From: a virus
IMG/VR virus record: IMGVR_UViG_3300042314_000343
Coordinates: 39,318-103,317 of that record
Reading direction: 5' to 3' (one strand)
DNA: 64,000 bases
Positions 17,591 through 26,815 of this stretch are shown here, in pieces (position 1 is the stretch's first letter; every line of letters starts with the position of its first letter). Below the pieces are notes generated by a model. That model saw nothing but the letters and a program-made list of their open reading frames with translations, did no database searches and was not told where the DNA came from. The position numbers were made by a program, and so were the translations under genes.

Positions 17591-19234
17591 ATGTCAGAAG
17601 AATACATTAGAGAAATTAGCCTAGACAGCGTACAAGAAAACCAGGACCAATTTAAGGATCACGACCCGTTTACAAAATCCTGGAATAGCCTAAAAGATTT
17701 CTCTGGAATTGAAAAGAACTTTAAGCGTCGCACAGACAGAATTGAGAAGGCAAATAACGACTCTCTAGTAGACTCAACTCTACAGTACAACAATGTAAAC
17801 GTAATGTCGCTTGAGTACCAGGACAGTGCCCTAGCAATTAATTCTGGAAAAGACGGGGCATACTCAAAAGAGATTAACCCTGGCAAGGTATATCGCAACG
17901 GATATGGACTATTTGACGTAATCACTCCACCATGGAACCTATATGAGCTAGCTAACTACTACGACACATCGTTCGCTAATCACGCTGCTATTGATGCTAA
18001 GGTAGAGAACATCGTTGGCCTAGGGTATGATCTCCAGGCAACAGAGAGAGTTCTCATGGCACTTGAGGCATCTGATAATGATAGTGCAGTAGATAAGGCA
18101 AGAAAAAGAGTTGAAAGAGCCAAGGTAGAGGTTAAGGAATGGTTTGAGTCTTTAAATATGGACGAGTCTATGACATCTACTTTCATGAAGGTGTGGACCG
18201 ACTACGAGTCTACTGGGAATGGATACTTGGAAATCGGAAGAACAGTTGCTGGCGAGATTGGCTACGTCGGTCACATTCCAGCAACCACCATGAGGGCACG
18301 TCGACTACGTGACGGCTACGTTCAGATTATTGGAAACAAGGTTGTGTACTTCCGCAACTTTGGTGCAAGAAATGTAAATCCAATTACAGACGACCCTAGA
18401 CCAAACGAGATTATTCACATTAAGCAGTACTCTCCGCTAAACTCCTTCTACGGAGTTCCAGACATTCTTTCCGCAGTTGGTGCCTTGCAGGGCGACGCCC
18501 TGGCTTCACAGTATAATATTGATTACTTTACCAATAAGGGTGTTCCAAGATATATTGTTACCCTAAAGGGTGCAAAGCTATCTGAGGATGCAGAAGATAA
18601 GATGTTTAGATTCCTGCAGACAAGCCTAAAGGGGCAAAATCACAGGACACTATACATTCCTCTACCAGGAGACTCTGACACAAACAAGGTAGAGTTCAAG
18701 ATGGAAGCGGTGGAGACTGGAACTCAGGAGGCATCGTTTAACGAGTACCGCATTCGTAATCGTGATGACATCTTGGTGGCACACCAGGTACCACTTTCAA
18801 AGATTGGTGGTGGAGATTCTGCTGCAATCGCTGCAGCACTTGCACAGGACCGTACCTTCAAGGAGCAGGTGGCTAGACCAGCACAAAGAAACTTTGAAAA
18901 GGTTATTAACAAGATCATTAAGGAAAAGACTGATATTGTAGAGCTAAAGTTTAAAGAACTTACCCTAACAGATGAAATTGCTCAGTCTCAGATCATTGAA
19001 CGCTATGTTCGAAACCAGGTAATGACTAGGAACGAAGCAAGAGAAGCACTAAACCTACCACAGCTAGAAGAGGCAGACAGCTTTCTTGAGATGACTGCAA
19101 GGTCAGCTGCAGACGCAAGTGCTAATACTAGACAGACTCGTGAGCGAGATTCAGAGAGAAGTTCAAACTCCTCAGATAGCTCGGCTACAGTTGCTGGAAG
19201 AAACCCACAAGGTGAAGGTCGCTCAGTTCAATAA
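17591..19234 (+). CDS. Portal protein
   Basis: DYESTGNGYLEI.R, NEIIHIK.YSP...FYGVPD, ILVAHQVP...IG, MTRNEARE.L.LP portal motifs. Confidence 0.92.
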   Translation: MSEEYIREISLDSVQENQDQFKDHDPFTKSWNSLKDFSGIEKNFKRRTDRIEKANNDSLVDSTLQYNNVNVMSLEYQDSALAINSGKDGAYSKEINPGKVYRNGYGLFDVITPPWNLYELANYYDTSFANHAAIDAKVENIVGLGYDLQATERVLMALEASDNDSAVDKARKRVERAKVEVKEWFESLNMDESMTSTFMKVWTDYESTGNGYLEIGRTVAGEIGYVGHIPATTMRARRLRDGYVQIIGNKVVYFRNFGARNVNPITDDPRPNEIIHIKQYSPLNSFYGVPDILSAVGALQGDALASQYNIDYFTNKGVPRYIVTLKGAKLSEDAEDKMFRFLQTSLKGQNHRTLYIPLPGDSDTNKVEFKMEAVETGTQEASFNEYRIRNRDDILVAHQVPLSKIGGGDSAAIAAALAQDRTFKEQVARPAQRNFEKVINKIIKEKTDIVELKFKELTLTDEIAQSQIIERYVRNQVMTRNEAREALNLPQLEEADSFLEMTARSAADASANTRQTRERDSERSSNSSDSSATVAGRNPQGEGRSVQ

Positions 19235-19284
19235 TATGTTATAATTATGTAATAATATTGTAAAAGGGAACTATAATTAAAGTT

Positions 19285-20625
19285 ATGACTATTTCAAAAG
19301 TTCAGTGGGACACCGAGGGTGAGAATGTTCGCCTCTCTATGCCGTTTAGCAAGGTAGACAAGGAGCGAAGAATCGTCTCTGGTTTTGCTACCCTAGATAA
19401 CGTTGATCGTCAAAAAGATATTGTAACTGCAGAAGCCTCTGTAAAGGCATTCTCAAAGTTCCGTGGCAACATCCGTGAGATGCACCAGCCACTAGCCGTT
19501 GGGAAAATGGTATCGTTCAGAGAGGACAAATACTTTGACCCAGAGACAAAGAAGTTCTATTCTGGTGTCTATGTTTCTGCATATGTTTCAAAGGGTGCAC
19601 AGGATACTTGGGAAAAGGTCCTGGATGGCACCCTTTCTGGCTTCTCTATCGGTGGCCGTATGAACAAGTACGACGACGCTTATGACGACACCACCAACTC
19701 ACCAATTAGAATTATTAAGGAGTACGACCTGATGGAGCTATCCTTGGTTGACACTCCAGCAAACCAGTTTGCAAACATCCTGTCTGTTCAAAAGGTGGAC
19801 GGTATTGACGTAGTAAAGGGTGACTCCCTAAACGTTGAGATTGAGAATGTATTCTGGGATCCAGAGTCTGGCGTAGTAAAGATTTCTGAGAATGACACAG
19901 AGGTTAGCCCAACAACTGGCAACCCAATGCAAAATATAGGTTTCGTTGAAAAGAATGATAACGAAAAAACAAACATGATAAAGTTCTTAGTTGATAGTGC
20001 TAAAGGCATTAATACATCTAAGATTAACAAGGAGGTAAGTCCTATGACTGACACAACAAATGAGGTAGTTGAGACTCCTGCTCAAGAAGCAGTCGTTGAA
20101 GAAACTACAGTTGAAGAATCACAGGTCGCTCCAGAGGCAGATGCCCCAGTAGAAGAAGCAGCAGATGCAGCAGTTGAGGTAACAGAAGTTACTGATGCTG
20201 ACGCCGAAGAAGTTCTTGTAACCGAAGTAGCAGAAGAGTCAGAAGGCTCAGAAGAAAACCAGGTGACAGAAGAGTCGGATGCTGTGACTGAGGATGTATC
20301 TAAGTCAGACGAGGCTCTTGAGACTGCTGTTGCAGACATCAAGGACACCGTTACAAAAGCCTTTAGCGACCTAACTGCAGTTGTTCAGGCACAAGCCGAA
20401 CAAATTGCAGAGCTACACAAGTCACTTGCCGCAGTAAAGAATGAGGTAACTGCAAGCAAGGACGTGTTTAATGAGTTTGGAAAGAGAGTGGATGCCGTAG
20501 AGGCCGACACAGCTTTCCGCAAGTCTGGCGATCTTGGCGAGATCGTACAGGAAACTGAACCAGAACAGGTTCAGAAATCCCTATGGGGCGGACGTTTCCT
20601 CAAAACTGCCGATCTATTTAGATAA
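19285..20625 (+). CDS. Prohead protease (HK97 type) fused to acidic scaffold region
   Basis: RIVSGFATLDNVD, IREMHQ, GFSIGG, ELSLVD.PAN; leaderless start 7 nt after TATAAT. Confidence 0.88.
   Translation: MTISKVQWDTEGENVRLSMPFSKVDKERRIVSGFATLDNVDRQKDIVTAEASVKAFSKFRGNIREMHQPLAVGKMVSFREDKYFDPETKKFYSGVYVSAYVSKGAQDTWEKVLDGTLSGFSIGGRMNKYDDAYDDTTNSPIRIIKEYDLMELSLVDTPANQFANILSVQKVDGIDVVKGDSLNVEIENVFWDPESGVVKISENDTEVSPTTGNPMQNIGFVEKNDNEKTNMIKFLVDSAKGINTSKINKEVSPMTDTTNEVVETPAQEAVVEETTVEESQVAPEADAPVEEAADAAVEVTEVTDADAEEVLVTEVAEESEGSEENQVTEESDAVTEDVSKSDEALETAVADIKDTVTKAFSDLTAVVQAQAEQIAELHKSLAAVKNEVTASKDVFNEFGKRVDAVEADTAFRKSGDLGEIVQETEPEQVQKSLWGGRFLKTADLFR
20044..20625 (+). CDS. Nested in-frame scaffold protein
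   Basis: AAGGAGGT SD 7 nt before in-frame ATG at the boundary of the acidic/coiled-coil region. Confidence 0.6.
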   Translation: MTDTTNEVVETPAQEAVVEETTVEESQVAPEADAPVEEAADAAVEVTEVTDADAEEVLVTEVAEESEGSEENQVTEESDAVTEDVSKSDEALETAVADIKDTVTKAFSDLTAVVQAQAEQIAELHKSLAAVKNEVTASKDVFNEFGKRVDAVEADTAFRKSGDLGEIVQETEPEQVQKSLWGGRFLKTADLFR

Positions 20626-20650
20626 AAAAATCACTTAGGAGGTGAACAAT

Positions 20651-21787
20651 ATGTCGGAAGATATTAAGAAGAATAACCCTGATTCAGCAGGCAACGACTC
20701 TGGTCTATACAACGGAGAAGGAGCTTTCGCTTCAGGTTCAGATGCTGGTAACAATGTTCCAGGCAACTACGCAACTGGTGGTGCCATCGGCAACATTCCA
20801 ACAGCACTAAACGGACTAACAACTGGTCCAAACGCAATCAACCCTTCTGGTGAGGCAGGTAGCGGTATCCTACGCCCAGAGCAAGCACGTCGTTTTATTG
20901 ACTACGTGTGGGATGCCACAGTTCTCGCCAAGGATGGTCGTCGTGTGACCATGCGAGCAAACACCATGGAACTTGAAAAAGTTAACGTGGGAGAGCGTGT
21001 AATCCGTGCAGCTGCACAGGCAAATGGTGACTACACCAATGCTGGTGCATCCTTCACAAAGGTAGAGCTTACAACCAAGAAGATTCGTCTAGACTGGGAA
21101 GTTTCTGCTGAAGCACTTGAAGACGGTATTGAGGGTGGTGCTCTAGAGGACCACCTAGTACGTCTAATGACAAATGCATTCGCAAATGACATTGAGGATC
21201 TAGCAATCAACGGTACTGGTGACAGTGGCGATGGTGCATTCCTCGGTATTATGGAAGGCTTTGTTAACAAGGTAACCACAAATGGAGATGCCCACGAGTC
21301 AGTAGTAACAGTTGCTGACAACGCATGGACTCCAGACGTTATGCAGGACATCATCTTGGCTATGCCACGCAAGTACCGTGCACTTAAGAACAACCTTAAG
21401 TTCTACGCTGGTACTGACGCATTCCAGGGAATCATCAAGCACAACGGTACCCTTGCTGACGCTATTGCAGAGGCATTCACTGGTGCAGCAGGTACACCTG
21501 CTAACCGCCAGGCTTACCTAGACGGTAACGGCCAGACATTCGGTGGTGCTCGCACTACCCGTGTTCTAGGTGTTGACGTGCAGGAAGTTCCTTACTACCC
21601 TGAAGGATATGTCGACTTGACATTCCCTCAGAACCGTATCTGGGGATTCCAGCGTGACATCACTGTAAACCGTGAGTACAAGCCAAAGAAGGACACCATT
21701 GAGTACACCGTATTCGTACGTTTCGGTATTCAGTGGGAGGAAGAGGACGCAGTCGCATTTGCTGATGCAGCAGGTTCGGACAGCTAA
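20651..21787 (+). CDS. Major capsid protein (HK97 fold)
   Basis: GILRPEQARRFI, ELTTKK, EDLAINGTG; position after protease; strong SD AGGAGGTG; strongly biased codons. Confidence 0.92.
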   Translation: MSEDIKKNNPDSAGNDSGLYNGEGAFASGSDAGNNVPGNYATGGAIGNIPTALNGLTTGPNAINPSGEAGSGILRPEQARRFIDYVWDATVLAKDGRRVTMRANTMELEKVNVGERVIRAAAQANGDYTNAGASFTKVELTTKKIRLDWEVSAEALEDGIEGGALEDHLVRLMTNAFANDIEDLAINGTGDSGDGAFLGIMEGFVNKVTTNGDAHESVVTVADNAWTPDVMQDIILAMPRKYRALKNNLKFYAGTDAFQGIIKHNGTLADAIAEAFTGAAGTPANRQAYLDGNGQTFGGARTTRVLGVDVQEVPYYPEGYVDLTFPQNRIWGFQRDITVNREYKPKKDTIEYTVFVRFGIQWEEEDAVAFADAAGSDS

Positions 21788-21807
21788 TCTAGTTATCCTT
21801 TAAGCTG

Positions 21808-21846
21808 GAGGGGCTGGGCATTTTGCCTGGCCCCTCTTTCTTTTTT
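21808..21846 (+). terminator. Intrinsic terminator after capsid gene
   Basis: GAGGGGCTGGGCA/TGCCTGGCCCCTC stem followed by T tract. Confidence 0.9.
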
Positions 21847-21877
21847 ATATCTGATATAATTAACTTAGGAGGTCATT

Positions 21878-22324
21878 ATGTCAAATGAACTAAATAATGA
21901 GGAAAAGGTTACGCCACTAACTGCACGGTTGCAGGATGGAGAGCCAGTAATTCCAGAGCTTAGCGAAGAGTCGCAAGCGGTAGTAGAAGAGCTTGTTAGC
22001 AAATATTCTCAGATGGTAGATCAGTTAGAAGACGATGCCGAAGAGGTAGAGTCTATTGTTGAAGAAATCACAGAAGAGCCAGTAGTTGAGGAAGTCAAGG
22101 CTGCAAAGCCAGAGCCAAAGGCTGCGAAGCCAAAGGCAGCTAAGAAGAAGGATGACGAAAAGATTGTTGCAGTATTCTCCACAAAGAATGTAACATGGAA
22201 TGGCGTAGGAAAAGTTTACAGAGGTTACAACATTGTGACCCAGGAAGAGGCAGACCTATGGGCAACAAGAAGCCACATCCGTATTGCAACCCCAGAAGAG
22301 GTAGCAAAGGAATTCGGTCTATAA
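21878..22324 (+). CDS. Hypothetical acidic head-associated protein
   Basis: Own TGATATAAT promoter (21852) and SD AGGAGG. Confidence 0.6.
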   Translation: MSNELNNEEKVTPLTARLQDGEPVIPELSEESQAVVEELVSKYSQMVDQLEDDAEEVESIVEEITEEPVVEEVKAAKPEPKAAKPKAAKKKDDEKIVAVFSTKNVTWNGVGKVYRGYNIVTQEEADLWATRSHIRIATPEEVAKEFGL

Positions 22325-22325
22325 A

Positions 22326-23237
22326 ATGGAAATTTTGAGAGTCGCTGAGAACATCACATCAGATGGGGTAGAAGTAACAATCCAGGTCCCAGGTGACCAC
22401 ACAGAATCTGATCATGTTTTGTCTATTACAGACCTCAGCGACTTTTCTATTTTAGAGCAGGAAATTGTCACAGCTGGAGGAGAGTCGTTAACCTTCTACC
22501 TTGATAAAAACTTCGACAACTCATACGACGTAGAACTACTTCTTGACGGAGATGTAATATTCTCCGAAAGCTACGAGGTAGTAAGGCCATATCTTGATCC
22601 ATATGCTGTTGCAGAAACGGCAACAGAGATAGCAGAAATAAGAAAACTAGAAAGACTTTCTAGGGCAATCATAGATTCATTTCTAGACAACATAGATTTT
22701 TATAACAAGAAGGCTATTTATGAGGTCACAGGAAACGGGCTTGACTTAATACCAGTGTGGAAGGACGTAAACAAGATCCTTAAGGTTTACGAAAACAATG
22801 AGCTTGTGTACGATGCAAATGCAGAAGAAAATGATTTTGTTTTTGCTATTACAAAAGATAAATCAGCCATCTACAGAGTCGTATCTGGTGCCAACAACGT
22901 CATTGATGCCAGGGTACCTAGCCTGCCAGTATCTCCAACAGACTATGTAGACTTGTCGCTAACAAGATCAACATTTAGAAAAGGCAATGACTTTGCATTT
23001 GTTCTAGACATCGGATACAAAACTTTGCCATCTTCGGTTGTAGATGCCACAGAGATGCTGGTTGACGATCTAAAATGCGGAAGACTAGACTATTTTCAAA
23101 GATATGTTACTTCATACAATACAGATCAGTACAGAATTCAGTTTGACAAGAGAGTCTTGGAAGGAACGGGAAACATCCTGGTAGACAAAATACTAGAAAA
23201 GTATAGAAAGTCTATTACAAGAGTTGGAGTTCTGTAA
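22326..23237 (+). CDS. Putative head-tail adaptor
   Basis: Position; C-terminal TGN..VD.IL.KY pattern. Confidence 0.55.
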   Translation: MEILRVAENITSDGVEVTIQVPGDHTESDHVLSITDLSDFSILEQEIVTAGGESLTFYLDKNFDNSYDVELLLDGDVIFSESYEVVRPYLDPYAVAETATEIAEIRKLERLSRAIIDSFLDNIDFYNKKAIYEVTGNGLDLIPVWKDVNKILKVYENNELVYDANAEENDFVFAITKDKSAIYRVVSGANNVIDARVPSLPVSPTDYVDLSLTRSTFRKGNDFAFVLDIGYKTLPSSVVDATEMLVDDLKCGRLDYFQRYVTSYNTDQYRIQFDKRVLEGTGNILVDKILEKYRKSITRVGVL

Positions 23238-23686
23238 TGTCAAAATGCGAAACTACTGACTTTATATACCCACTACTTGCAGATGTTTACTATCCGCTAG
23301 TAAAGCAAGACGCACTGGGTTCAATAAAAAAGCAGTGGGTTCTTGACAGAAGTGTTGCATGTAGCCTGGCACCTGCAGGGTCTGCAATGGCAGAAGACGT
23401 TAAGCCAAATGTAAACATTACAAGAGAGGTAATTCTAGTAGGAAGAGTACGCTCAGATATCAGGGTGGCAGCTACAGATTCAAATAACGCAATAACCAAT
23501 GTTCTGATAACCAACATTAGAGATAAGTCTGGTAACAGCATTTACAACGAAACTTCTGGTGTTAGAAACAATAAGACAACCCTTTTCGAGGTTGCTACAA
23601 ATGAGCCAATTGTTGGCCCATTTGGTAAAACAGAATACTTTAAGCTTGTCCTAAAAAGATCGGAGAACCAGGCGGTAGATCTGTGA
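23237..23686 (+). CDS. Putative head closure/stopper protein
   Basis: Size, beta-rich, synteny. Confidence 0.5.
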   Translation: MSKCETTDFIYPLLADVYYPLVKQDALGSIKKQWVLDRSVACSLAPAGSAMAEDVKPNVNITREVILVGRVRSDIRVAATDSNNAITNVLITNIRDKSGNSIYNETSGVRNNKTTLFEVATNEPIVGPFGKTEYFKLVLKRSENQAVDL

Positions 23687-24360
23687 GAGTTTTAATGAAC
23701 TCTAAAAAGCTAAAAAAAGATTTAGATAATTTAATGAATTATTCTATAGGCTTTCTAGAGGGTGCTCACCGTGGTAAGCAGGTATTCTTAAACTCAGTTG
23801 GAGCCCAGACCATAGAGGTATTAAAAGAATACATAGACTCAAGTGCAAGGGTAAACCCATCAGCCATGCACCATATCTATGAGTGGATGCAGACTGGAAG
23901 CCCAGACGCAAGACTATTTGATATATCTTATACGGTAAGCAATCTTGGCCTTTCTGTAAAATCAACCTTTAGGCAGTCGACATCTCTCCAGGCAGGGTCA
24001 ACTGTACCATTTTATGACAAGGCAAGAATTATGGAAGAGGGAATTCCAGTAAGAATTGAGCCGAGAAGGTCTAACGTCCTCGCCTTTACTGATGATGCTG
24101 GAGAGCAGGTCTTTACTAGTGCAGCAGTAAACGTTTCAAACCCTGGAGGCGATCAGGTACAGGGGTCGTTTGAAAGAACATTTGACTCATTTTTTAATCT
24201 ATACTTTAAGCAATCATTCCTTAAGTCGTCTGGTATAATGGACTATCTGCAAAATCCAGTATTGTTTAAAAAGAACTTCGCTGCTGGAAGAGCTGGTGGA
24301 AAGCAAAAGGGCATATCTACTGGTTACAGGTGGATCGCTAACGCAGGACTAGGAGGATAA
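23683..24360 (+). CDS. Putative neck/tail completion protein
   Basis: Synteny; HH.YEW...G....RLF and KA.IME.G motifs. Confidence 0.5.
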   Translation: MRVLMNSKKLKKDLDNLMNYSIGFLEGAHRGKQVFLNSVGAQTIEVLKEYIDSSARVNPSAMHHIYEWMQTGSPDARLFDISYTVSNLGLSVKSTFRQSTSLQAGSTVPFYDKARIMEEGIPVRIEPRRSNVLAFTDDAGEQVFTSAAVNVSNPGGDQVQGSFERTFDSFFNLYFKQSFLKSSGIMDYLQNPVLFKKNFAAGRAGGKQKGISTGYRWIANAGLGG

Positions 24361-24361
24361 C

Positions 24362-24934
24362 GTGGCAAAGACATTTCCGCCCATCTTTATCAATAAGTAT
24401 CTTGCTGCAAAGATATCTCCAGCACTGCCAGAATACTTCTCTAACCCACTAAAATTCTTTCCTACTATGCCAACAGACATAGAGTCTCTTACAGAAACAT
24501 TTCCTGAAGCAGCCAACGACGTATTTGCTGTATACGACAGAATGCTTAAGATGAGGAGAAAGGCTTTTCCGCACATCAAGAGTGAGCAGGTGCTGTACTA
24601 CTTCTACAAGGTAGCTGGAGACATTTCAGGACTGTTGTACACCACACAGGCAGTTCAAGACTTACTAGACCGTGGCGACGAGTCGGCAGAAGACTTGAAT
24701 ACCTGGATAACATCTTTGCCAAGAAATGCCCAGGGAAACGTGGTGTTCGACGAAGAGGAGTTCTCCCCAGTACACTTTCACGACATTAAGATTTATCAGC
24801 TAGAGGAGACCAGAGACATCATTGACTTTGGAACGGCCAGGACATATGCTGGCAATAAGATTATCATAGACTATACCTATCACTCTCCTGGCTACAGTTC
24901 AAACAGTTCATACAATGATACTCAGATCGTTTAA
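24362..24934 (+). CDS. Putative tail terminator protein
   Basis: Directly upstream of major tail gene. Confidence 0.5.
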   Translation: MAKTFPPIFINKYLAAKISPALPEYFSNPLKFFPTMPTDIESLTETFPEAANDVFAVYDRMLKMRRKAFPHIKSEQVLYYFYKVAGDISGLLYTTQAVQDLLDRGDESAEDLNTWITSLPRNAQGNVVFDEEEFSPVHFHDIKIYQLEETRDIIDFGTARTYAGNKIIIDYTYHSPGYSSNSSYNDTQIV

Positions 24935-25002
24935 AACCATGGTATAATTAGCCTTGAGGAAACAAACGCTTCAAACTCCATAAAAGAATGAGGTGAAAAA
25001 TT

Positions 25003-25647
25003 ATGGCATATTCAAGAGGTTCTAACGCCAACATTATTGTTGGTGCAGCCGCTCTCTTCACATACGAAGATGGCGAATTGACCGATGGCCTGTTGCCAGC
25101 ATACGTTGCTGGTGAGAGTTACCGTGAAACCCTATCCGATGAGGAAGGTTTCCGTAACGTAGGCTACACCATGAATGGTCTGGAACTAGCTTTCCAGCCT
25201 GACTTTGGTGAGGTAGCTGTTGACCAGTTGCTAGACGTTGCAAAGCTTTACAAGCAGGGCATGACTGTCAACCTAAACACTACTTTCGCAGAGGCAACAC
25301 TAGAAAACTTGTTGTTCGCACTAGCTGCTAAGCCAGAAGATCTATCTTCTGCTACAGGCACTGGTATCGGAGCAGGTTCTAGCTCTCTAAACCTATCTGC
25401 TGGTGACATCGGTGAATGTCCAGTAGAGCGTGGTCTTGTTGCAGTAGGTCCAGGTACAGGTGACTGTGCTCCAGACCTAGCTAAGGAGCGTGTATACGTT
25501 GCTTACCGTGCACTCTCAATTGAGAGCGTTACAGTAGGTGCAAAGCGTGACGAGGCAACAATGTTCGAAGTATCGTTCCGTCTGCTTCCAAACGACGCAG
25601 CTGCTTACGGTAAGATCGTTGACCGCACCATCCCTGCTGCTTCCTAG
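25003..25647 (+). CDS. Major tail (tube) protein
   Basis: NIIVGAA.L, VGYT..G.E..F.P, V.VDQ, AEATLENL motifs; own promoter (24940) and terminator. Confidence 0.85.
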   Translation: MAYSRGSNANIIVGAAALFTYEDGELTDGLLPAYVAGESYRETLSDEEGFRNVGYTMNGLELAFQPDFGEVAVDQLLDVAKLYKQGMTVNLNTTFAEATLENLLFALAAKPEDLSSATGTGIGAGSSSLNLSAGDIGECPVERGLVAVGPGTGDCAPDLAKERVYVAYRALSIESVTVGAKRDEATMFEVSFRLLPNDAAAYGKIVDRTIPAAS

Positions 25648-25668
25648 TAGCTGGTTATAACTAAATAG

Positions 25669-25708
25669 AACTGCCCTGGCATTAATTTGCTGGGGCAGTT
25701 TGCTTTTT
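25669..25708 (+). terminator. Intrinsic terminator after major tail gene
   Basis: AACTGCCCTGGCA/TGCTGGGGCAGTT stem then TGCTTTTT. Confidence 0.85.
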
Positions 25709-25722
25709 GGTATACTATAGGT

Positions 25723-26421
25723 ATGCCAACTACAGTTTATAACTCAGAAAACATCGTCCTAGTCGACGGCACAGAAATTTACATAACTCCACTAAAGATA
25801 AAGTATCTCAGACAATTCATGGAATCTTTTGAACTAGTAAAGGCTTTAGGCAACACAGACGAGGCCTTTGATCAGCTACTTGAGTGTGTCCGAATTGCAA
25901 TGAAGCAATACTTTCCAGCAATCAAGACCGTCCAGGATGTTGCAGATAATCTAGATATGGCAACAATGTATAAGCTAATAGATATCGCTGGCGGAATATC
26001 TAACAAGAAGCCAGACGAAGAGCAGAAGCAAGAAAAGACAGGAGATGGAGACTCATCTTCTAGCTGGAGAAACTTAGACTTAGCAAAGCTTGAGGCAGAG
26101 GTGTTTTTGCTGGGTATCTGGAAAGACTACGAAGAGCTAGAGTCATGTCTATCAATGCCAGAACTAACAGCAACTCTTGAGATTAAGAGAGAGATAGATT
26201 ATCAAGATAAGAAGTTTAATGCTGCAATGCAGGGGGTAGATCTTGACAAGCAGAGTGGAAAGAGTGAGCAAAACAAGTGGGAAGAAATGAAGGCACGAGT
26301 ATTCTCTGGAGGAAAGACTACAGATGGAAATGACATTCTTGCATTCCAGGGGGCCAATGCTGCTAAGGCAGGTTTTGGAATCGGCTTAGGCCTTGCCTAC
26401 GAGGATCTGTCTGAAAAATAA
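25723..26421 (+). CDS. Tail assembly chaperone, long (GT-like) form; start revised from 25687
   Basis: TGGTATACT 6 nt before ATG 25723; N-terminal ~100 aa paralogous to next gene; C-terminal W.DY.ELE..LSM.EL domain. Confidence 0.7.
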   Translation: MPTTVYNSENIVLVDGTEIYITPLKIKYLRQFMESFELVKALGNTDEAFDQLLECVRIAMKQYFPAIKTVQDVADNLDMATMYKLIDIAGGISNKKPDEEQKQEKTGDGDSSSSWRNLDLAKLEAEVFLLGIWKDYEELESCLSMPELTATLEIKREIDYQDKKFNAAMQGVDLDKQSGKSEQNKWEEMKARVFSGGKTTDGNDILAFQGANAAKAGFGIGLGLAYEDLSEK

Positions 26422-26475
26422 ACCGATCCGTGATATAATTAACTAGCCAAAAAATGGTTATTTTGAGAGGAAAAT

Positions 26476-26793
26476 ATGACAACAACAGTTAACGAAGCAA
26501 AGAAGATCACCTTCATCGATGGTACAGAGATTTCCGTACGCCCATTGAAGATCTCGCTATTGCGTGAGTTTATGAAAAAGTTTGAAGAGCTTGGCCCAGT
26601 TGCCGAAGACAACGATAAGTCTATGGATGTTCTAATGGCTTGTGTTCAGATTGCCATGCGTCAGTATAACGCAGAGCTAGCTGCAGATGCAAAGGCACTA
26701 GAGGATTCTCTGGACCTGCCAACAGTCTACCAGATTGTTGAAGAGGCTTCGGGAATCAAGCTTGGAGATTCGGTTGCTGCTAGTCGCAAGTAA
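26476..26793 (+). CDS. Tail assembly chaperone, short (G-like) form
   Basis: Between tail tube and tape measure; own TGATATAAT (26431) and SD GAGAGG. Confidence 0.75.
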   Translation: MTTTVNEAKKITFIDGTEISVRPLKISLLREFMKKFEELGPVAEDNDKSMDVLMACVQIAMRQYNAELAADAKALEDSLDLPTVYQIVEEASGIKLGDSVAASRK

Positions 26794-26815
26794 CCAGTAG
26801 CAGGAGTGCGAATGA

